Positions 13,735-24,148 of a stretch of 64,000 bases of DNA are shown in pieces. This DNA is from Azolla caroliniana (taxonomy: Eukaryota; Plantae; Polypodiophyta): assembly GCA_043228905.1 (NCBI GenBank), contig JBHGNT010000022.1, positions 1,550,001 to 1,614,000 of the forward strand, given 5' to 3'. The translations under genes and the position numbers were made by a program. How positions within the stretch are numbered: position 1 is the stretch's first letter; each line of letters begins with the position of its first letter. The notes beneath the pieces are model-generated. The model had not been told where the DNA came from, did no database searches, and saw only the letters and a list, made by a program, of their open reading frames with translations.

Positions 13735-13890
13735 TATACGTATACGTATAAACAGTATACGTATACGTATATGTTTATGTGTATATGTATGTATATGTGT
13801 GTATGTGTGTATGTATGTATGCTATGTATGTAGTGTATACATATATATATATGTATGTATGTGTGTATGTATGTATGTATGTATGTATGT
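13735..13890. repeat. Compound (TA/TG/TATG)n microsatellite in the NAC-MutY intergenic region
   Basis: Direct reading of the sequence. Confidence 0.9.
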
Positions 13891-14086
13891 GGGTTAATAA
13901 TAGCCATTTTAGTAGTAGCTAACTTCTAGATTTGGGGGCTAATTGAATGAGTGAGGCCTAATTTTGTAATTTCTGATAAATTCAGAGGCACTATCCAGCA
14001 GAAGACTCTTCTATCAAGCTTTTCAAATAACAAATCAAAGGAAGGCGGGAATGGCAAGCAAGATGGATCACACACAGTAAAAGCTT

Positions 14087-14839
14087 ATGATTTTATCCAT
14101 GGCCACACTCTTCACTGCAGAAGTTTCATCATCATCATCATCAGCTTCTTCTTCTTCTTCTGATTTCCGTGTTCCACGTTTAAGGAAGGAAAAAGTGAAG
14201 GCTTTGAAGGAAGAACCATATATAGCCGACATAGAAGACCTCACTCTTCGCTTTGCGGAAGAAGAGGAAGGGTCCCCTATTAGGTCTGGCCTTCTGAAGT
14301 GGTATAATGTCCACCAAAGAGACCTTCCATGGAGAAAAATACATAGAAACGTAGGAAGTGAAGAAAACACAAAGCATGACAATGAAGAAGAAGAGGACAA
14401 TGTCAAGAAGAAGAAGAAGCAACAGGAGAGAGCTTATGCCACATGGGTGTCAGAGGTTATGCTTCAACAGACCCGCGTCGCGACCGTTGTAGAGTATTTC
14501 AATCGTTGGATGTCCACTTGGCCTACAATAAAAGATTTGTCTTTGGCTTCTCAAGAGGTGAGTTTGGTTTCGAACTCATATCTATCTTGTTTAATTATTT
14601 GGGTTGCTCTAGAAATGTTCTCTCGGTATTTTCTCTGAGTAAATAAATATACATATTTAAACAATTTGAACGAACAGTTCAAAAGTTGAACCAGCAATGA
14701 GGGCACATTGTCTCTCGAACAATGGTTCTGATTATATGTGTCTTATGTAAACACCGATTGAATAATATATATATATCTATATATCTATATATATATATAT
14801 ATCTATATATATATATATATCTATATATATATATATATA

Positions 14840-14878
<39 letters not shown>

Positions 14879-17776
14879 GTACGTATGCATGTATTTATAA
14901 ACACTTTGATGAGCAAGCACAAAAGTTGAACCAGTGACAATGGCACATTTTCCCTTGAACAATGGTTCTGATTTTGTGTCATATGTAAACACCTATTACA
15001 AAGCATATATATGTTTGAATGCTTCGAATGAGCTAGTTCAAAAGTTGCTATTACTGGTGTCAACATGCTGTTCATGTGATAATAATTTGCTATCAGGAAT
15101 GCGTGTCATGGTAGTGGAGAATAAGTATTAAACAATGTATGCCGTGGAAGATTTCTTTTACATTGTATAATTTGTATCTGTGTGATGCTTCTTTGTTGAT
15201 TTATTGAAAGTTTCCCTTGTGTCGTTTTTTTGTGACCAAATCGCAATTTGGAATGTTGAACCTACTGTGTATCCTTATTTTGGTAATCAGGAAGTTAACA
15301 CAGTTTGGGCTGGATTAGGATATTATAGACGAGCACGTTTTCTACTGGAGGTATATGCATTTGAAGGTTTGGTATCTCTCTAACGAATCTATGGGGTTCT
15401 CTTTGTTGCTAACATATTTTAGTACAAAACTTAGGGAGCAAAACAGATTGTGGAATCTGAACAAGGTTTACTTCCTTCAACTGCTGAAGAGTTACTTAAG
15501 ATAAGAGGAATTGGCAAGTATACTGCAGGGGCTATAGCGTCAATTGCATTTGGTCAGGTATTCACATCATTTTGCTATAATTGTTTCTCATTACATGGAT
15601 TCATGCTGTTGTCCTGCCAAAATTAGTTGGTATTAGTTGTTGAATGCTATATGACTATAGTACCAACAGTTTTGAAAATTATCCCTCTCTCTAATGATAA
15701 TCATTCTATCTCGTGATTAGTTAAATTCAAAGTTACTGTCTTCCTTTCACTGGATTTCTTTTGGATAGGCCTTTGAGTATATTAACCTAGTATTTTGGTA
15801 TCAACTTGCGGGACGTCCATCAGTGGAAAATCCATGCTTCCATGTTGGCAAATTAGGTGCATTTGATTGCGTGCAGTTTCAACAGTGTATAGTTAAAATT
15901 AAGCCATTGTCTTCTTTTTGATAGGCCTGTTTGAGTACCATAATCCATGCTGCCATGTTGGCAAATTAGGTGTATTTTGTTGCATGCAGTCTCAACAATG
16001 TATAGTTAAATTTAAAGTCATTATATTGCTTTTACTGAATTTCTTTTCAACAGGCCTCTTTTGAGTACCTTAATCCAGTTTTTTGGTATTAATTGCTGAG
16101 TGGTTCATCAATTGAAAACCTGTGCTTCAATGCTGGCAAATTAGATGTATTTTATTGCATGCAGTTTCAGCAGTGTAATTTGATTGCAAAAGAAAATTAA
16201 ATGTAGAAGAGATGTTACTTGTTATAATTATAACGACTATTGTTCATCTTGGATGTTGCAGCCAGTGCCTGTGGTGGATGGCAATGTTATTCGGGTGTTG
16301 AGTAGATTAAAGGCTATATCCGACAACCCAAAAGAGTTGAGCACAATTAAGATGATATGGTAAATTATGTTAATCAGTGTGTATAGTGCTTATTTGCAAT
16401 TCACAGATCTCCTTTTTCTTGTGAGGCTTGCACCATATTTTGTCTTCATGAAGGTTGAATTTATCTTTAGATGTGATGAGAGACTTAGTATATGAAGTTT
16501 CATCTATTATAATGCAACTTATTGTAAATTCCAATACATGTTTGAGATAGATGGTGAAAAAATGTGTCAATATCCGGATGGGTTCAATCCAATGGGGTCT
16601 GTGAGTTAATACAAAGCATTAATAAGTTATTCATGGTGAGATCTAATGAGCTGAACTTTTTGGAAAATAAGTGGAAAAGAGGAAATGACCATCTTATAAC
16701 TGTTAATTTAGTTTAATAAGTCCAACATATTCATATGCTTCTGGTGGATCCCAGGTCTCTAGCAGAGCAGCTTGTTGACAAAGAAAGACCCGGAGATCTC
16801 AATCAGGCCCTCATGGAACTTGGTGCTACCATATGCTCGCCTACTAGTCCTCAATGCTCATCTTGTCCCATTCATAAATATTGCAAAGCATTTGCATTAT
16901 CTCAAGAAACTGCTGGGTCTGCAACTCAAATATTAGTAACAGATTTCCCTATGAAGGTAGCAAAGGCATCTCCTAGACTGGAGTATGTTGCTGTTTGTGT
17001 TCTTGAATGCATATCTACTGCTGCTATAGATTCAGTTAAGTCACAAGCAAGCAGTAAACTTTTGCTTGTGAAAAGGCCCAAGACAGGATTGCTTGCGGGA
17101 TTGTGGGAGTTTCCATCTGCTAACCTCAGTGGTCCCAATGCCAGCAATAGGGTATGTCAAACTGCTATTGACAGCTATTTGAAAGTCAAATTAGGCCTTC
17201 GGATTGAGGATGGTTGCTTTGTTCGCAAGGAACGAAAAGCCTTGGGAAGCTTTGTGCATGTATTCAGCCACATTCGCATGCATATTACGGTTGAGTGGAT
17301 GTGTATATACTCAACCGAACCTGGTATATTTACTCCCTTGTTCTCTTCCAAGTTTCTATTATACTGCTCACAGATATATGTATACACATGCACACATGTA
17401 ATATGAATTGTCTTGTCCATTATTTCTAAAGAGCATTGAAACTTGTTTGATTTATCCTCAAGTGTGGTGGTGTGATGGTTGTGAAGGAAAGATGATAGCC
17501 CATCAACTGAAGTGGTGGAACTGAATGGGATCAAAGCAAAATGGGTCCCTGCAACGGAGATGCTGAATGTTGGTCTAACAACTGGTGTTAAAAAGGTATG
17601 CTATGATCTTTAAGAGAACCCTCTTTTTTTTGCTACTAAAATAGAATCTCAAATCGATTAATGGTGTAAGAGTCACTGAATAAAAATTGCAGGTGTACAA
17701 GATGTTTTTGAACTTCCGGAAAGACCATATTTCTGCAGGATCGAAGCCAAAAAGGAAAAGGAATAAATGTAGATAA
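14087..17776 (+). CDS. MYH: A/G-specific adenine DNA glycosylase (MutY homologue), 7 exons
   Basis: Exons 14087-14557, 15291-15350, 15435-15557, 16262-16359, 16755-17323, ~17492-17595 (acceptor uncertain) and 17693-17776. Motifs [26 protein letters not shown], Hh[27 protein letters not shown], 4Fe-4S C-x6-C-x2-C-x5-[16 protein letters not shown]. The start could be 14087 or the next ATG at 14099. Confidence 0.93.
14765..14875. repeat. (TA)n microsatellite in MutY intron 1, flanked by a diverged ~75-bp direct repeat
   Basis: TA/TATC run; AAAAGTTGAACCAG...GAACAATGGTTCTGATT...TATGTAAACACC at ~14681 and ~14921. Confidence 0.9.
15720..16180. repeat. Three diverged ~130-170-bp tandem units in MutY intron 3
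   Basis: AGGCCT..TTGAGTA...ATGYTGGCAAATTAG.TG.ATTT...TGC.TGCAGT.TCA.CA.TGTA recurs near 15765, 15920 and 16050. Confidence 0.8.
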
Positions 17777-19040
17777 AATATGGAGTCTGCGTTAGTGCTA
17801 CATTTTTGCTCGATCTGACGAATGGCCACCAACGGGTGAGGGCATCCATGGGAGGGGAGATTTCAAACTTGTGACCTGCAGGGAATGACTAGGCCACCTC
17901 CTGGTGACCTGTTATTCATAATTTGAAAGATGAATTCTTTGTCAGATCAATAGTATTTTTTCTGTAAATGATGTGGCATTGCTTTACACAAGCATATCAC
18001 CCTCATTGATGATCTACCCAAAAAAGGCACCAATAAACTGTAGAAGTGCACCCAAGCTGCAGAATGGCACTTGACCAATTGTTGCAGTTCAATTCATCTG
18101 TATAAACTAACATCGAGAAGATCATTCCATTTTTGTTCCTCATTTCTGTCAAAGTGAAATAACAGATTTATTTTGCAAAGCTCTCAAAGGTTGCAATATA
18201 TCATTCATATGTTTGTGAAGTAGGCAACAGCCATAGCCATGATGATATAGAATTTTCTCTATTTCATTGCATGAGCTTTTTGTGATGCCAAACCTCAGTT
18301 CTGTAAATATGACTTTGCACCAAGTGTGCATCAAATGGTGTTGCTCTGCTTTGGGTTTTGATTGAGTATTAGTTCTCAAATTCTTTGAGTTAGACACTTG
18401 ATCCAAGCGTATTGACTAGTATATCATCTCCAAGGAATTTGATAGTGCTTTCCATCATGCTTTGAACTTTCTAGAACACCCGTTCTTTCCCATTCCTAAA
18501 ACATCAAAGCAACAATGGCCAATTTGCACCCATAATTAAAGTAGCAGAATTCGCAAACATAATTTGTAGTGAATCTCAAGTGCATATTTGTTGAGAATCA
18601 AACTCAACTTCCCAAGTGTGGGAACATACTTTAGGAATAGCCAAGTGTCTGAACACCCCACCACTTTGTATCATAACTCAATGTGTCAAAGAAGTTAAGA
18701 CTTATGACACATAGTTACCAAGTAGTTAAGTCTTCACCTCCTTCCCAACAGGTGGTTGTAGTGAGAGAACATAGAGAGAACGTGATGACATAAGCACCTT
18801 CTCCTCTTCCTTGTTTGTAGTTGGTTGTTTTCTCTTGATAATACAAATTTTCTATTTTCGCTATTACACTATTTTTATTATCTCTCTATCTTTTTTTATT
18901 GTAATTAGCTTACCCTATTGGTAAGTTGTTACACTACAAGCCACTATGTCTTGGGTTTGAAACCCAAATTTCACCTCTCTATTATATACTCCATACATAT
19001 CTCTTAATTCACTAGATGCCATTGTCGAAATCCATCTGGG

Positions 19041-19088
<48 letters not shown>
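19041..19088. repeat. (CT)n(CA)n microsatellite
   Basis: Direct reading of the sequence. Confidence 0.9.
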
Positions 19089-19091
<3 letters not shown>

Positions 19092-19199
19092 TCTTCTGCT
19101 GCACAGAATCACTCCTAATTCTTTACAATATCCATCATATAGCCCAAGCTTAGCCTTCCAAATTGACAATGCTTGCGAGGCTTTGTGGAGCCCTGAAAA

Positions 19200-20670
19200 T
19201 TATCATTGCCCAACCATTTTAGGATTGACATGTACCGTAGAATTTAAAGTTAATTTCGGTGCCAAGAACACTAAAAATTACCAAATCTCCTATGAGCTTT
19301 GAAAAAGAAGATCATAACATGGGATTCTTGAACCATCCCTTATTCAAACATATGGTTCACAATGTTGAAGTAGAATGGGTCCTTACTCTTTACTCAAGGC
19401 CTTCAACTTGTGAACAAAGTAATGGTTCACATTGTTGAGGTTGGGCCAAATGTAGATGAATTTGTTGAAGATTTTGTAGGAAGGTCAATTTATTTATTTT
19501 TCCTCAAAAGATTTCCTTCATTACTATTAAAAAAATGTCAATTTATTCAATGGAAGACCATCGAGATATGACCAATTTCAATTAGTTGTGGATAGTAGAG
19601 TCATAACGGCAAGGCGAACTCCGGTTAGTCTAATGTATACTCTTCCAAAAGGTGCTACCAACTCTATGGTGCATGTTGTGAATGTGATGAACAAAGTGTT
19701 GAAAGAAAAACTAAACAATGCTCATTTGACGTTCTCATGTGAGAAATCAACATTTGGTCAATCAACGATAATGGGTATGGGACCTCTATGTGGTACCTAT
19801 GGTCGTAAGACTTCTCTAGCAAAGGTAAATGCTATAAATGAGATGAAAGAGTGCAAGCCGCAAACAAAAGTAAGGCGGTTTCTAGAGGCTTGTGCATTTT
19901 ATCGCAGTTGTTTTCACATTACACTTATGTACCTTAGCCCTTGGAATTAGGGAATGAAGCTCAAATAGGAACAATAACACAATGTCAATGCAATGGTTAA
20001 AGGTAATGTTGTTTGAGGTTCCAATATTGGACAAGGATGTGTATGAAAGAAGGATACTGTGACTATTGATTAAGCCCAACAAGAATTGATTGTATTAACT
20101 AGTAAATTGAAGGAAGGGTTGTTATGCAATCCAATTTTGAGCAATGGCGCTTATTGAAAGACAAAGGAACCACACCCAAATAAAGGGAGACCTATGGGAT
20201 ATTGTATCAACAATGAAATCATATTGCAAGTACTTAATAAGCACAAAGGTCACAATCAAAGAGGATTGCCTTTCAAATCTCGGGATGATACAAGTTGCCA
20301 AGCGCATGACATAGCCATGATAAGGTGGATAACATATGTTAAGTTGATGAACTTGGAAATTTGTCACATGGATATGTTGTCTCAGCATATCAAGGAGAAA
20401 GTGAAATGTTGTTAGAAGGAAAAGATGTGTGCCTTGATTGCTTAGAGTCAACACATACAATTGTCGAAGAAGGAAATGTGCAAGTACATCATGCATTCAA
20501 GGAAGATGGAAATGGAGGAGAATGTTTACCTTATATTAAAGTTTTGGTGCACAAGGACAACAGATTGTATATGGTCTAGAGAGGAGGCACAGAAGATGTA
20601 GAAGAAAGTTTATCTCTAGAAACATCCACACAAGAGGATGGGGACCCCATTGAGGGTAGTATGCAAAAAT
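19200..20670 (+). mobile_element. Highly decayed Ty3/gypsy pol remnant G0 (RT, RNase H, start of integrase), same lineage as gypsy C
   Basis: Fragments YSNIWFTMLK*NGSL, TLPKGATNSMVHVVNVMNKVLK, LTFSCEKSTFG, KVRRFLEACAFY, DIAMIRWITYVK and HPHKRMGTPLRVV are collinear with the 42284-44746 peptides. Cut at 20670 by LTR X; left boundary approximate. Confidence 0.8.
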
Positions 20671-21733
20671 TGTTGCCGCCAAAGGAGATACAACAACTAA
20701 TGATGCCAAGAGAATTGAAACAAGTGTTAGGAATATGGATCTGAATTAGGATGATTTACATTACAACCACAAGTTTCCAAATAGACAGAACCACAAGACA
20801 AAAATGAGAGTACACTGAAATTTAACGTCGAAAACCCAAAAATGGGAAAAACCACGGGAACCTTAGGTTCCGAAACAGATTCACTATTTTCTGAGTATAC
20901 AAGGTGTTGACAGCCTCTAGAGCTAACACTTTAGAGGAATACACACATATTTCAAGGTTACAACCTTGGTTACAATATTCACCCTAACGGGCGAAATGAA
21001 CAACAAGAAGAAACCAAAAAACACAGAACAAATAAACTTGTTACAAATAGACAAAAGAGTTGTTTTCGACTCTTTGGGTAGTCCGGAAAGCACCTCGTGA
21101 GATCTTCGTCTTCACTTCTGCAACGGGTTCTTGCTCTCGATTGCCCTTTTCTTGAGCTCTCTTTCTGCAGAATCTTCACAACGTTCTCACACACCTCTCT
21201 CTCTTAGATCTCTGTTTTTCATATGTTGTTTTCTCTGTATCGTGCTCTGTTCTTCCTCTCTATCTCTCAACACTTTTGTCTCGCTGTTTTTGCACCCTTT
21301 TTATGAGCCTTGTAAAGTAACGTCTTTCTTTGTCCCTGTACACACATTCACACACACAAAAGAAAAAGGACACACACCCAAAAAAGCATACCCAAAAAAG
21401 CATACATAACGTATGTATATAGTTAAAAATAATTATAACGATTTTAGTTTTAGGCGAGGTTGAGTTGCTTCGCCACTGAGTCAGCAACCGACTCCATGTC
21501 GTGGGTTCCACTTGAGTGGATAAATCCAACAATTCTCCCCCCCCATCTCAAGTGGGGGGCGCAACTAGGTTTGCCTTTTGTTTGCAAACTTCAAGCTTCT
21601 CCCTTGACAAACATTTTGTCATCATGTTGGAGCCATTCTCATTTGTGTGAGTCTTTTCAATGTGCATCTGCTTTTCTTCAAGCACATCTCTAACCCAATG
21701 GTATCTAACATCTATGTGTTTTGACTTAGAATG
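20671..21733 (-). mobile_element. Element X: 3' LTR (20671-21531) plus ~200 bp of internal sequence, probably copia-type
   Basis: TGTTG...CAACA termini; the adjacent minus-strand PPT GATGGGGGGGGAGAAT precedes TGTTGG; the LTR carries the GAAAACCC-N5-GGGAAAAACCACGG motif also seen in the copia LTRs here. Confidence 0.75.
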
Positions 21734-22103
21734 TGTTGAGCGGCAAGCTCAACCGGATCCGGATCGGCTGAATAAGCCTGAGCCGGATCGACATCCGGAA
21801 GGATGAGTCGGATCGGTGAGTTGATGAGCAAGCGAGTCGGTGAGCTGGGGAGCCGGTTAGCCGGATCAAGCAGTAACCGGAAGCCTAGTAGCAGCCTAGA
21901 CTACTAGGTAGTTAATGTCTTGTAGTTAGTGTCAGACGCTTGTATGAGCATTGAAGTACACCGTACTTCGGTTAGTCCTCTTAGGACTTGTATAAATAGT
22001 GTTGTTGAGCACGTTGTATGTACAAAGAATTTTACAGAGTTGTTGATAATAGATTTAAGTTGTTCTACTCTTTCTCTGTCTCTCCTGCGTACCTTCTGTG
22101 TGT

Positions 22104-22144
<41 letters not shown>

Positions 22145-23094
22145 GCTATCCGGCTAAGCCGGTTGTCTAAAGCTTCCGCACCTTCGTTTTTACATGGTAT
22201 CAAAGCACGAGGCTTGAGAACCTCTGCAGCTGACATCAACATCTGAAGACAAACCCTAAGACCGGGTAAGAACAGAAAGAGAAATGATGGATAGAGGAAT
22301 GGCTAGCTCGCTCCCGTTGAAGAAGCTCGACAGATCCAATTACGCATCTTGGTCATACAAGATGCACCAGTACTTGCTTGGGCATGGCTACTGGAGCTAT
22401 GTCGACGGAGCTAACGACACAACACCTGATGCGGCACACGAGGACTTCCTAGTGTGGGAACAAGCGGCAAGCAGAGTGATGTACTGCTTTGCGTCCAGTG
22501 TTGGAGACCAGCTGCTGAGCCATGTCTGAGATGCCAAGACGCCAAAAGAAGCTTGGGGAAACCTGAAGAAGGTTTTCGCAGCAAGCACTACGGCTCGGAA
22601 GCTGCAACTCCGACAGGAGTTGAGCAATGTCCAACAGAAGGACATGTCGGTAGCTGATTACACGACGTCGTGAAGATCCGTCACTAGGAGCGGACCGTGA
22701 GGTGGAACCGCCGGGGTTCTGGACCGGAAGGATTCGAAGTTTATGCTAGTTTTAGCGAGAAAGTATTTAAGATAGATTGAAATGACGAGAGAGATATATT
22801 GAAATAAAGATTTAACTCTTGATTTAGATTTGAAAGAGAAGATACATCAACAATAGGGTTACAAGTTTCTTATTTGATCATCCAAAACTTTTACATTAGT
22901 CCTTCCATCTTTTTCCTCCCCTCTTTTATAGATGCCCTCATTCATGTGAGGGTACAAGACATGCATAAAATGCATGTTTGCCATTTGGCGCTCATGTATT
23001 ACATGTGGTGCATGATCACCATGTCACTCATTTTAGCTCTCATGTATGAGAATTTACATGTAAAGTTACAATGATAAAAATATAATTCTAAGAA

Positions 23095-23166
23095 AATGTG
23101 TTGGCTTAGTGGTAAGCCTATTGACTCTCAACTTGGAGGTGCAAGGTTTAAATCCTTACTTTCCCT
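23095..23166 (+). promoter_or_regulatory. tRNA-like Pol III internal promoter module in the gypsy C 3' LTR
   Basis: A box TGGCTTAGTGG at 23102-23112 and B box variant GGTTTAAATCC at 23145-23155. Confidence 0.6.
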
Positions 23167-24083
23167 CCTTGTGTATATGTATAAATATTTATTTATTTAT
23201 TTATCCATCTAGCCGCTGGATGCCGGTTACCGTTCGGTCGCCGGATCCTGGTTCCGTTGTCGGTTGTCAGATCACTGGCTCAATCGCCGGTCCGGTTTTG
23301 GTTGGCCAAAACCTTTGCAAGTAGCCAAGCCACACACATTCATCCAATAGCTTAGTTCAAGTAACCTTGAACTCTCTATGCTCCACACATAGATACAAAG
23401 ATAATAGCTTTTGCTCTACCTTATATATGGTGAGATCTTTATTTCCTGTCTATGTGGGATATCTCACAACTTTATTTTTCTCTTTGTCTTTGCAAACTTC
23501 CTACCCACATAAGTTAACACTTAGATGTCCGTTTCTTATGTAGTAAAGTGTATCCGGAAGCTCTTCAATACCTCAATCTTTTTGTACTAAGATATTAAAC
23601 TTACTTAAAATTAGTATCTTCGCTATTATTGTTTTATATGAATCACACTCGATTTCGTACATTTTATGTTGGGAGACAGGTCCCTCCGGATGGGAAGAGA
23701 GAAGAACAGTGCTGATGAACAAACTCGGCCGAGACCGATAGGCCGAGGCCGAAACCGGATGAGGAGTACCCGGCTACGGAGAGCCGGATGGCGTAGACCC
23801 GGTGAGAACCGGATGAGGAGTACCCGGCTACGGAGAGCCGGATGATGCAGACCCGGTGAGAACCGGATGAGGAGTACCCGGCTACGGAGAGCCGGATGGT
23901 GCAGACCCGGTGAGGAATGCTCACCGGATGAAGAGACATATTCGTAAATATGTTTCTGAGAGTCCATCGAGGCTATATTTGTAAATAGCCGAAAAGTCAT
24001 ATTAGTATAAATATGACTTAGGGAAAAATTTTACTAACTGTTGTTATTCTTGTTGGTGTAAGAAGAGAGAGCGCATAACTGTG

Positions 24084-24148
<65 letters not shown>

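Noticed and set aside
21386-22664. Duplicate at 57419 as a simple assembly overlap
   Set aside because: The copies differ by many substitutions and an indel and carry different later insertions.
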